DNA of 32,000 nucleotides. Origin: Streptomyces sp. WGS_02 (lineage in GTDB: Bacteria > Actinomycetota > Actinomycetes > Streptomycetales > Streptomycetaceae). The stretch lies in assembly GCA_040989845.1 (NCBI GenBank), contig JAYMFZ010000004.1:2656824-2688823 (forward strand), given 5' to 3'. The notes beneath the pieces were generated by a model that was not told where the DNA came from, did not search any database, and saw nothing but the letters and a program-made list of their open reading frames with translations. Positions within the stretch are counted from its first letter, which is position 1. Each line of letters opens with the position of its first letter. A program made the position numbers and the translations under genes. Shown piece by piece: positions 9,531 to 18,320 of the stretch.

Positions 9531-10924
9531 CTACTCCGGCGACGGCGGGTTCTCCCGCGGGCGTTCGGCCGGCGCGTCCTGCGGGCCCGGACCGGGTGGT
9601 GCGGGCGTGGCCCCGGCGGGCACCGGGTTCATCGAGAGAGCCGTGGATCCGGTGCGCCCGCCGCTCCCGCCCGGGGGCCCCGGCGTCGCGTACGAACGCA
9701 GGTAGACCACAACCGTGTTGGTCACCGCGACCAGCGGTACAGCCACCACCGCGCCGCCGATGCCCGCGACGAGCCCGCCGGTCGCCACCGCGAGGACCAC
9801 CGCGAGCGGATGCACCCGGACGGCGCGGCCGAGGATGAACGGCTGCAGGATGTGGCCCTCGATCTGCTGCACGGCCAGGACCACCACCAGCGCCCACAGC
9901 GCCGTCCATACGCCTTCGGTGACCAGGGCCACGACCACGGCGAGCGCTCCGGAGACCACGGCTCCGACGAGCGGGATGAAGGCGAACAGGAAGATGAAGA
10001 CGGCCAGCGGCACCGCGAGCGGCACGTTCAGGACGTAGAGGCCGAGGCCGATGAAGATGGCGTCGATCAGGGCGACGAGCACCGTGCCCCGTACATAGGC
10101 GGTCAGGGTGCGCCAGGCGCGCGGTCCGGCCCCGGCGACGCCCGGACGGGCCGCGGCGGGCACCAGCTTGAGCGACCACTCCCAGATGCGGCGGCCGTCG
10201 TAGAGCAGGAACAGCGTGGAGAACATCGCCAGCAGCAGCCCGGTGAGGAACTCCACCATCACCGTGACGCCCTGGAGCCCGGCGGAGGTGATCTCCTCGG
10301 TGTTGGTGCCGATGGTGTCGCTGAGGTTCTTGGCGATGTCGTTGATCTGCGACTCGGTGACGTGGAACGGGCTGTCGAGCGCCCAGCGCTTCAGCTCGTC
10401 GATACCGTCCCGGACCCGGTCGGAGAGCGTGTCGAGGTTCTCCATCACCTGCCACACCACGAACCAGCCGACCAGGCCGATGATGACGAACCCGAGGACG
10501 GCGGTCACGGCGGTGGCGAGCCCGTGCGGCAGCCCGAACCGCTTGAGTCGGACCACCGTGGGCTGGAGCATCGCGGTGATGAGCAGAGCGGCCGAGAAGG
10601 CGAGCACCACCAGCTCCACGGCGGTGATCACCCGCATCAGCACCCAGAGCGTCCCGGCGAGGACGAGGAGGCGCCAGCCGGCCTCCGCGGCGACCCGCAT
10701 CCCCCACGGAATCGCCGCCACCGGATCCGGCTTGGCGGCGACCGAGGGGGCGTAGCTGGGGGCGCGGGCACCTGCCCCGCTTCGTCGTCGACGTCGGGGA
10801 CGGCCCCCTTCGCCGTGAACGGTTCATCGTCGGCGGCGGCTCTCGCCCGACGCTCGTCCAGGCGTGCGCCCAGCTCCGTCAGTTCGGACCCGAAGCGGCC
10901 CAGCCAGCCCGGCAGTTTTGACAT
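9531..10924 (-). CDS. AI-2E family transporter (PF01594-like), apparent frameshift in the N-terminal linker near 10758-10762
   Basis: Multi-TM body VAAEAGWRLLVLAGTLWVLMRVI...GTVLVALIDAIFIGLGLYVLNVPLAVPLAVFIFLFAFIPLVGAVVSG. The likely true N-terminus MSKLPGWLGRFGSELTELGARLDERR (ATG 10924, SD ggaaggaaa) lies in a different frame. Confidence 0.88.
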
Positions 10925-10992
10925 GCTCTCTTTCCTTCCCCCATCTGGGCTTCCCAGCGCTCCGGGTTCACCAGGAAGTGACCGTACAACGC

Positions 10993-11030
10993 GCGAGGCC
11001 CCCCACCGTCTGGACGGTGGGGGGCCTCGC
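10993..11030. terminator. Strong terminator hairpin downstream of the SLT gene
   Basis: GCGAGGCCCCCCACCGTC-tg-GACGGTGGGGGGCCTCGC, 18-nt perfect complementary arms. Confidence 0.88.
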
Positions 11031-11070
11031 GGGGTTGAGAGGACGGCAGGTGAGCTTCCGCCCGCTTCCC

Positions 11071-11790
11071 CTAATACCAGTTGTTGGCCTGCCAGAAGGA
11101 CCAGGCGCCGCACGGGGAGCCGTAACGGCCGTCCATGTAGCTGAGGCCCCACTTGATCTGGGTGGCCGGGTTGGTCTGCCAGTCGGCGCCGGCGGACGAC
11201 ATCTTGGAGCCCGGGAGCGCCTGCATCAGACCGTACGCCCCGGAGGACGGGTTGGTCGCGCGGTAGTTCCAGGTCGACTCGTGGTTCACGATGTTGCTGA
11301 AGCACTGGAACTGGTCGGCGGGGACCATCTGACGGGCCATCGCCTGGACCTCGGCCACGGAGTACGAGCCCTGGGCCGCGAACGAGGAGGCGTCGCGGAC
11401 GGAAGAGCGGCTGGCGCGCTCGGCCTCTTCCTTTTCCTTCTTCTCCGCCTCGGCCTTGCGCTCGGCCTCGATCCGGTCCTCGGCCGCCTGCTTCTTGGAC
11501 TTGGCGTCCTTGGCGGCCTGGATGCGGGCGGATTCCTCGGCCGACTTCTTCGCGGCGGCGTCGGCGGCGGACGCCTGGGCGTCGGCCTGCTGCGTCAGCG
11601 AAGCGGTCTGGACCTGGGCCTGCTGGCCCGCGGGGATGTCTGCGAGCAGCGTGGTGTCGGCTGCGGCCGCCTCGAAGTTGTTGTCGTCGGCGGCAGGTGT
11701 GCCGCCCGCAGCAACGCCTACGACGGCGCCTACGGTGGTGACCGCGGTGGCGGATGCCACGGCGAACCCCCGGACCGAGATCCGGCTCAC
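11071..11790 (-). CDS. Secreted transglycosylase-like (SLT domain) protein with coiled-coil linker
   Basis: GTG start at 11790 with ggaagga upstream. Signal peptide VSRISVRGFAVASATAVTTVGAVVGVAAG, EAERKAEAEKKEKEEAE coiled coil, FSNIVNHESTWNYRATNPSSGAYGLMQALPGSKM catalytic domain. Confidence 0.88.
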   Translation of the reverse strand: MSRISVRGFAVASATAVTTVGAVVGVAAGGTPAADDNNFEAAAADTTLLADIPAGQQAQVQTASLTQQADAQASAADAAAKKSAEESARIQAAKDAKSKKQAAEDRIEAERKAEAEKKEKEEAERASRSSVRDASSFAAQGSYSVAEVQAMARQMVPADQFQCFSNIVNHESTWNYRATNPSSGAYGLMQALPGSKMSSAGADWQTNPATQIKWGLSYMDGRYGSPCGAWSFWQANNWY

Positions 11791-11807
11791 ATGGTGTCCT
11801 TCCAGCA

Positions 11808-11990
11808 TCGCCCGCTTAGGTGACCTCGCGGGCGCGTTCGTGCCCCTGGCACTGGCCTCCCTACTGCGTGGGTCACGGGAGGCACGGGCCCGATGGGCAA
11901 CCCCGGTGAGGAGGCTGCCGCGTGGTGCTCGCGGGCGGCATACGGGCGTCTTGTGTTGAGTTGTGTGGTGCGTGGCGCCTCTGGAGGTGC
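11808..11990 (-). ncRNA. Candidate structured leader, possibly a ydaO-type (c-di-AMP) riboswitch
   Basis: Leader of the cell-wall-lytic gene, read on the minus strand: ...CACGCAGTAGGGAGGCCAGTGCCAGGGGCACGAACGCGCCCGCGAGGTCACCTAAGCGGGCG. Carries a GCCCGC...GCGGGC stem and partial similarity to the ydaO 3' core. Boundaries approximate. Confidence 0.35.
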
Positions 11991-12179
11991 CCAAGTGCCG
12001 TATGCGGGGCCTGACGGAAGCAAGACTCTGCCGGACGGGGACGCGTGGAGGCAATTCTGTGTTGCGTGGGAAACGTCACACCCCGTTTGGCCCATCGGTT
12101 TTGCGGAAATGACGGCGCAGCACAATGCAGCCCGGCTAAGATCCTTGGCTCGCCGGGCGGCATGAAGGGGACATGCGGG

Positions 12180-13503
12180 TCAGATGTGGCCCTCCTCCAG
12201 CATTTCGGTCACCAGTGCGGCGATCTGCGAACGCTCCGACCGCGTGAGCGTGACGTGCGCGAACAGCGGATGCCCCTTCAGCTTCTCGACGACGGCGACG
12301 ACTCCGTCATACCGGCCGACCCGGAGGTTGTCCCGCTGGGCCACGTCATGGGTGAGCACGACACGCGAATTCGCCCCGATTCGGGACAACACGGTCAGCA
12401 GGACGTTCCGTTCGAGCGACTGCGCCTCGTCGACGATCACGAACGCGTCGTGCAGCGAGCGGCCGCGGATGTGGGTGAGCGGCAGGACCTCCAGCATCCC
12501 GCGCCCGAGCACCTCCTCGATGACCTCGCGTCCGGCGACCGCCGAGAGCGTGTCGAAGACCGCCTGCGCCCAGGGGCTCATCTTCTCGGCCTCGCTGCCG
12601 GGGAGATAGCCGAGCTCCTGCCCGCCCACCGCGTACAGCGGGCGGAAGACCATCACCTTCTTGTGCTGCTGCCGCTCCAGCACGGCCTCCAGGCCCGCGC
12701 AGAGGGCCAGCGCGGACTTGCCGGTGCCCGCGCGTCCGCCGAGCGACACGATGCCGACGTCGCTGTCGAGGAGGAGGTCGAGCGCGATCCGCTGCTCGGC
12801 GCTGCGCCCGTGGATGCCGAAGGCCTCCCGGTCGCCCCGCACGAGGCGGACGTTGCCCTCGGCCGTCACCCGGCCCAGCGCCTTGCCGCGCTCGGACTGG
12901 AGGACCAGGCCGGTGTGGACGGGCAGCTCGGCGGCCTCGGGGACGTACAGCGTCTCCTCGCTGAACAGCAGGTCGATCTGTTCCCCGGCGAGGGACAGTT
13001 CGCTCATACCGGTCCAGCCGGAGTCGGTGATGGCGAGCTCGGCGCGGTACTCCTCGGCGAGGAGGCCGACGGAGGACGCCTTGATTCGGAGGGGCAGGTC
13101 CTTGGAGACGACCGTGACGTCGTACCCCTCGGCCTGGAGGTTGCGTGCGACCGCGAGGATCCGTGAGTCGTTGTCCCCCAGCCGATAGCCGGCGGGCAGT
13201 ATGCCGGGATCGGAGTGGTTGAGTTCGACACGGAGCGACCCGCCCAGGTCCCCGAGCGGGATCGGGGCGTCCAGCCGGCCGTACCGGACCCGGAAGTCGT
13301 CCAGCAGGCGCAGGGCCTGGCGGGCGAAGTAGCCGAGCTCGGGATGGTGCCGCTTGGCCTCCAGCTCCAGTGACCACCACGATCGGCAGCACGACTTCGT
13401 GCTCGTCGAAGCGGGCCATGGCGCCGGGGTCGGCCAGCAGGACGCTGGTGTCGAGAACGTATGTGCGCCGGTCGGGCATGCGGCGCTTGATGCTGTTCAC
13501 CAC
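12180..13503 (-). CDS. PIN domain - PhoH-type ATPase (YlaK-like), apparent frameshift near 13367-13371
   Basis: [40 protein letters not shown] (PIN), then in a shifted frame [25 protein letters not shown]...[22 protein letters not shown]...[41 protein letters not shown] (PhoH ATPase). Confidence 0.92.
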
Positions 13504-13830
13504 GGAAGGACGTACCCCCTCGGACGAGGTCGGGGAGTGCGACGGACGGTCGCGGAGCTTCCCGAAGGGAGAGGACGGACCGGGATCGGGCCCTCGTGCG
13601 CGGGCCTGACCGCGGCCACCGCGTCGGCCGCACGCTGCGTACGGTCCTTCGTGTGCAAAGGGCCTCCCGGGCGAGCGGACTGGGTGCCGCTCACTTGGTG
13701 ACGACATCCGCCTGGTTGATGACCGGATGCCGACCTGTCAGGGGTATTCCCTATTCGAACCGAAGCCATGCCGCCGCATATGACACGGCGTGGAGAAGTC
13801 CCGGTGGCCGCCCGATGACGCCCTGGTGGT

Positions 13831-14601
13831 TCAGGCCCCGTAACGCCGGTGCCGGGCCGCGTAGTCGCGCAGTGCCCGCAGGAAGTCGACCTTGCGGAAG
13901 GCCGGCCAGAAGACCTCGCAGAAGTAGTACTCCGAATGGGCGCTCTGCCAGAGCATGAAGCCCGAGAGCCGCTGCTCGCCGCTCGTCCGGATCACCAGAT
14001 CGGGATCGGGCTGCCCCCGGGTGTAGAGGTGCTCGGAGATCAGGTCGGTGGAGACGACCTCGGCCAGCTCCTCGAAGCTGGTGCCCTTCTCCGCGTGCTC
14101 CAGGAGCAGCGAGCGCACCGCGTCCGCGATCTCCTGGCGGCCGCCGTAGCCGACCGCGACGTTGACGATTATCCCATCGATGTGGGACGTCGACTCCTGG
14201 GCCTCCTTCAGGACCGTCTGTGTCTCCGGCGGGAGCAGGTCGAGCGTGCCCACGTGGTGGACGCGCCAGCGGCCGTCCGCGGCGAGGTTGCGGACGGTGT
14301 TCTCGATGATGCGGAGCAGCGGCTTCAGCTCGTGCTCGGGCCGGTCGAAGTTGTCCGTGGAGAGCATCCAGAGGGTGACGACCTCGACGTCGGTCTCGTC
14401 GCACCAGCCGAGCAGCTCGGAGATCTTGTCCGCACCGGCCTGGTGGCCCTGCACGGCGGAGCCGCCGGACGCCTTGGCCCACCGCCGGTTCCCGTCGAGG
14501 ATGACCCCGATGTGCTTCGGCACCTGGTCGTGGTCCAGGCGGCCTTCCACCCGGCGCGCGTAGAGCCTGTACACCAGGTCGCGGAAGTTCACTGCGTTCA
14601 C
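13831..14601 (-). CDS. uppS: Isoprenyl transferase (cis-prenyltransferase; undecaprenyl/decaprenyl diphosphate synthase family)
   Basis: HIGVILDGNRRWAKASG, QGHQAGADKISELLGWCDE, VNVAVGYGGRQEIADAVR, PDPDLVIRTSGEQRLSGFMLWQSAHSEYYFCEVFWPAF. GTG start at 14601 favoured over the longer ORF. Confidence 0.95.
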   Translation of the reverse strand: MNAVNFRDLVYRLYARRVEGRLDHDQVPKHIGVILDGNRRWAKASGGSAVQGHQAGADKISELLGWCDETDVEVVTLWMLSTDNFDRPEHELKPLLRIIENTVRNLAADGRWRVHHVGTLDLLPPETQTVLKEAQESTSHIDGIIVNVAVGYGGRQEIADAVRSLLLEHAEKGTSFEELAEVVSTDLISEHLYTRGQPDPDLVIRTSGEQRLSGFMLWQSAHSEYYFCEVFWPAFRKVDFLRALRDYAARHRRYGA

Positions 14602-14856
14602 CCTCTCGGTTCCGTACGGGCCGGGGCCCGCCCTCCCCGTCGCCGGGGGTAACAGGGGACGTCCCCCGCCGGGGCTCGCTCGCACGACCCGCGCCGCTCG
14701 CACGATCCCTGGGCGGTCCGCGCCTCTACCACCGGCACGGGCCACGCGGGCCATCGCCGCGCCGCACATCGGCATTCCCCGAAGCCGCCACATTACTGCG
14801 AGCGGGTCATCAGGGCCCAACCCGGTCTGTCACAACTCCGTGATAAGCAGAGAAAC

Positions 14857-15906
14857 GTGACTGATTACCTCTCCCCCGACCTGTACTACCGTGCCGCTCC
14901 CTCGCGCTACGACTCCATGGAGTACCGCCGGACCGGGCGCAGCGGCCTCAAGCTGCCCGCCCTGTCGCTCGGCCTGTGGCACAACTTCGGCGACGACCGG
15001 GCGCTGGACTCCCAGCGGGCGATCCTGCGCCGCGCCTTCGACCTCGGGGTGACCCACTTCGACCTGGCGAACAACTACGGCCCGCCGCCCGGCTCGGCCG
15101 AGCTGAACTTCGGCAAGCTCTTCGCCCAGGATTTCGCCCCCTACCGGGACGAAATGGTCATTTCCACCAAGGCCGGTTATCTGATGCACCCCGGCCCGTA
15201 CGGCGAGTGGGGCTCCCGGAAGTACCTGCTGTCCTCACTCGACGCCTCCCTGAAGCGGATGGGCGTGGACCACGTCGACATCTTCTACTCGCACCGCTTC
15301 GACCCGGACACCCCGCTGGAGGAGACGATGGGCGCCCTGGCGTCCGCCGTCCAGCAGGGCAAGGCCCTGTACGTGGGCGTCTCCTCGTACAACGCGGAGC
15401 AGACCGCCGAGGCGGCCGGGCTGCTCCAGGAGATGGGCGTCCCGGCCCTGATCCACCAGCCGTCCTACTCCATGATCAACCGCTGGATCGAGGACGACGG
15501 GCTGCTCGACACGCTGGAGGCGGCCGGAATGGGCTGCATCTCCTTCGTGCCGCTCGCCCAGGGCCTGCTCACGAACAAGTACCTGAAGGGCATCCCGGAG
15601 GGCTCGCGCGCCACCCAGGGCAAGTCGCTGGACCCGGGCCTGCTCTCCGACGAGGTCCTGCGGCGACTGCGTGGCCTGAACGACATCGCGCAGGGCCGCG
15701 GCCAGTCGCTCGCCCAGCTCGCCATCGCCTGGGTGCTCCGCGACAGCCGGATGACCTCGGCGCTGATCGGCGCGTCGAGCGTGAAGCAGTTGGAGGAGAA
15801 CGTGGCGGCCCTCGCGGGTCCGGCGCTCACCGCCGAGGAGCTGAAGGAGATCGACACCTTCGCCGTGGACACGGCCGGCACCAACATCTGGGCCGGTCGC
15901 GGCTGA
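14857..15906 (+). CDS. Aldo/keto reductase (L-glyceraldehyde-3-phosphate reductase / YghZ-like)
   Basis: MEYRRTGRSGLKLPALSLGLWHNFG...GVTHFDLANNYGPPPGSAELNFGK...HVDIFYSHRFDPDTPLEETMGAL...LIGASSVKQLEENVAAL. Confidence 0.95.
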   Translation: MTDYLSPDLYYRAAPSRYDSMEYRRTGRSGLKLPALSLGLWHNFGDDRALDSQRAILRRAFDLGVTHFDLANNYGPPPGSAELNFGKLFAQDFAPYRDEMVISTKAGYLMHPGPYGEWGSRKYLLSSLDASLKRMGVDHVDIFYSHRFDPDTPLEETMGALASAVQQGKALYVGVSSYNAEQTAEAAGLLQEMGVPALIHQPSYSMINRWIEDDGLLDTLEAAGMGCISFVPLAQGLLTNKYLKGIPEGSRATQGKSLDPGLLSDEVLRRLRGLNDIAQGRGQSLAQLAIAWVLRDSRMTSALIGASSVKQLEENVAALAGPALTAEELKEIDTFAVDTAGTNIWAGRG

Positions 15907-15947
15907 CGTCGGCGTCGGCTCAACGGGGCCCGCGCGGCGGGAAGAAC

Positions 15948-15971
15948 GGGAGCGGTCCGGGGGCCGCTCCC
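15948..15971. terminator. Hairpin downstream of the aldo/keto reductase
   Basis: GGGAGCGG (15948-15955) / CCGCTCCC (15964-15971). Confidence 0.55.
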
Positions 15972-16009
15972 GGGCCGCGGGGCAGCGCCGTAGTCGGCCC
16001 ACGAAAAAC

Positions 16010-16042
16010 GGGCCGGTCCGTGGGGGGGATACGGACCGGCCC
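16010..16042. terminator. Second hairpin, with an A5 tract before and GTTT after
   Basis: GGGCCGGTCCGT (16010-16021) / ACGGACCGGCCC (16031-16042), 12-bp perfect stem, loop GGGGGGGAT; preceded by CGAAAAAC. Confidence 0.7.
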
Positions 16043-16301
16043 GAGGGGGGTTTCCACCATAACCCTTCGTAAGTGCCGGCGCGTGCCACGCCACTCCATC
16101 ATTACTCTCCGCATATGCCAGACTCCGCTGCGGGCAGGCCCCGCCCCAAGTCGGCACCGGCCTCCGAGCCCCTTCCCGGCCCGTTATCGGCCTCCGTATC
16201 GAGGGGTCGCCGGGCATCGCCGCCTTGACGCGGCCGGGGCGCACGCGCCGGGGGCACGGAGGAGGACAGGAGCTGACCTCAAGGGCCTCTAGGTTCGGGG
16301 C

Positions 16302-17501
16302 ATGACGACACGACCCCCCGCGCCCGGGCCCGCGACTGCCGCCGTGACCGTGACCTGGGCCGGGGCGAACGCCCGGCGGCTGGCCCGGCAGCACCTCCAC
16401 CCGGACGCCGCCGCCACCGCGTCGCCCTTCGCCGAGCCGGGCGACGCGGTGGCCGCGATGCTCGGCGCGCACGCCCAGGTGCTGTCGGCGGCCGAGCTGT
16501 CCGTGGGGCTGCGCGGGGACGGGCTGACCCGCACGGACGTCCGTACGGCGCTGTGGACCGACCGGACCCTGGTGAAGACGTTCGGGCCGCGCGGCACGGT
16601 CCACCTGCTGCCCGCGGTGGACCTCCCCCGGTGGACCGGGGCCCTCTCCGCCGTACCGACGGGCCCGAACCCCTTCCCCGAGAACGCCCGGATGACCCCG
16701 GACCAGGTGGAGGCGGTCGTCGCGGCGGTCGGGGACGCGCTGGCCGGGGCGGAGCTCACGATCGACGAGCTCTCGGACGAGGTCGTCGCGCGGACCGGGC
16801 CGTGGGCCGGGGACCTGGTGATGCCCGGGTTCCAGGCGATGTGGCCGCGCTGGCGGCAGGTCCTGCATCTGGCGGGCCACCGGGGCGCCCTCGCCTACGC
16901 CCCGAACCGGGGCCGGAAGGCGACGTACACGAACCCCGGATGCACCCCGCTGCCGGGCTCCGGGGCGCTGCCCGCCCTGATCGAGCGGTACCTGTACGCC
17001 TACGGGCCGGCGACCCCCGCCCACTTCGCCCGGTGGCTCGCGGCACCGAAGCGCTGGGCGGCCGAGCAGTTCGCCGCCCAGGCCGCATCGGGGGCGATCG
17101 AGGAGGTGACGTTCGGGGAGGACGGACCGGCGTGGGTGGTCGCGGGTGACACGGACTTCCCGGACGCGCCGGTGCGGGGTGTGCGCCTGCTCCCCTACTT
17201 CGACGCGTTCGCCATCGCCTCGGCCCCCCGCGAGCGGCTGTTCCCGGGCGCTGCGTGGGAGCGGGCTCTCGGCGGTGGACAGGCGGGGAACTTCCCGGTG
17301 CTGCTGGTGGACGGCGTGGTGGCGGGCGTCTGGCACCAGCGCCGCTCGGGCCGCCGGATCGCGGTGACGGTGGAACCCCTGAAGCCGCTGACCGGGGCGC
17401 GGCTGCGGGACCTGGAGGAGCAGGTGGAGCGGGTCGCCACGATCATGGAGGGGACGGCGGAGCTGACGGTCGGCCCGGTGACGGTGGGGCCGCACGCGTA
17501 G
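16302..17501 (+). CDS. Winged-helix DNA-binding protein of the AlkZ-like DNA glycosylase superfamily (HTH_42)
   Basis: 399 aa: VAAMLGAHAQVLSAAELSVGLR, LVKTFGPRGTVHLLPAVDLPRWTGAL, PARFARWL-like YGPATPAHFARWLAAPK, VRLLPYFDAFAIA, GNFPVLLVDGVVAGVWHQRR. Matches the AlkZ-like/HTH_42 pattern by eye. Confidence 0.85.
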   Translation: MTTRPPAPGPATAAVTVTWAGANARRLARQHLHPDAAATASPFAEPGDAVAAMLGAHAQVLSAAELSVGLRGDGLTRTDVRTALWTDRTLVKTFGPRGTVHLLPAVDLPRWTGALSAVPTGPNPFPENARMTPDQVEAVVAAVGDALAGAELTIDELSDEVVARTGPWAGDLVMPGFQAMWPRWRQVLHLAGHRGALAYAPNRGRKATYTNPGCTPLPGSGALPALIERYLYAYGPATPAHFARWLAAPKRWAAEQFAAQAASGAIEEVTFGEDGPAWVVAGDTDFPDAPVRGVRLLPYFDAFAIASAPRERLFPGAAWERALGGGQAGNFPVLLVDGVVAGVWHQRRSGRRIAVTVEPLKPLTGARLRDLEEQVERVATIMEGTAELTVGPVTVGPHA

Positions 17502-17549
17502 GGGCGGGGGTGCGCGCGTACGGGGGGCATGCGCGGGGCGTGGCGGGGT

Positions 17550-17721
17550 GAGGCGGGTGCGCGGGCCGGCGGAGGCGGGTGCGCGGGCGGAGGCGGGTGC
17601 GCGGGCCGGCGGAGGCGGGTGCACGGGCGCGCGGGCGGAGGCGGAGGCGGGCGCGCGGGCGGAGGCGGGCGCGCGCGGGGTGAGGCGGGATCGCGGGCGG
17701 AGGCGGGTGCACGGGCGGAGG
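17550..17721. repeat. Imperfect GC-rich minisatellite, core about 18 bp (GAGGCGGGTGCGCGGGCG)
   Basis: GAGGCG recurs about nine times in 172 bp, with 18-bp units and 22-26 bp variants, in the convergent gap between 17501 and 17737. Confidence 0.9.
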
Positions 17722-17736
17722 CTCAGCCTGGACGCC

Positions 17737-18183
17737 TCAGGGGCGCGGGTCGAAGCGGATCGCCATCGTGTCTCCGGCGACCACCACGAAGTCCCCTTCC
17801 TCGCACCGGATGACGGCCTGGAGCACCTCGCCGCCGTCGTCCCTGACCTCCTGGGTGCCGACGACCGTCCACGCTCCCCCGTACGGCACCGGCGGCAGGA
17901 GCGCGGGCGGCGCGTGGTGCCACTGGCTCGCCGGTACGCACCAGTCGGGTAACCGCGGCCAGCCGCCCGGGGTGACGCGCAGCGTCCGGTCGGAGGCGCA
18001 GGTCAGCAGGACGGACTGGTCGTCCGCGAGGACGAACTCGACGGCTTCGGGCTCGCCCGCCCGGCCCTCGGGCCGGTAGTAGACGCCGAGGACGGCGGTG
18101 ATCCTGGCCCCCGTGAGCCAGTCGGCGTTGCCGTGCCGCGCGCGCCCGGCGGACCCCGCACAGTCTTTCCTCTCCACGGTCAT
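17737..18183 (-). CDS. Conserved-looking hypothetical protein (148 aa)
   Basis: ORF from ATG 18183: MTVERKDCAGSAGRARHGNADWLTGARITAVLGVYYRPEG...FVVVAGDTMAIRFDPRP. The track's longer 470-aa version overlaps the methyltransferase in the wrong frame. Confidence 0.7.
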   Translation of the reverse strand: MTVERKDCAGSAGRARHGNADWLTGARITAVLGVYYRPEGRAGEPEAVEFVLADDQSVLLTCASDRTLRVTPGGWPRLPDWCVPASQWHHAPPALLPPVPYGGAWTVVGTQEVRDDGGEVLQAVIRCEEGDFVVVAGDTMAIRFDPRP

Positions 18184-18320
18184 GCCCGCTCCCACTCCTT
18201 CACTGTGCGTGCCCCTCGCAGGGTAGGACGGCGGCCCGCACGATCCCGTTGCCTCCGGGGCACGGCTGAACTGACGTACGGAGTAAGCGGGTTGACCGGC
18301 GGTACGGGATTCGGCCAACG

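Noticed and set aside
11893-12165. Small plus-strand protein of 90 aa in the SLT gene leader
   Set aside because: No recognisable RBS or domain; lies antisense to the probable structured leader of the transglycosylase gene.
16010-16042. Small regulatory RNA ending at this hairpin
   Set aside because: The hairpin alone is adequately explained as a terminator of the aldo/keto reductase transcript. No promoter evidence for an independent RNA was found.
14976-16292. 438-aa plus-strand ORF overlapping the aldo/keto reductase
   Set aside because: Wrong-frame reading of a clearly recognisable reductase; non-coding composition.
17550-17721. CRISPR array
   Set aside because: Repeats are contiguous and degenerate with no unique spacers of constant size and no cas genes nearby; it is a minisatellite.
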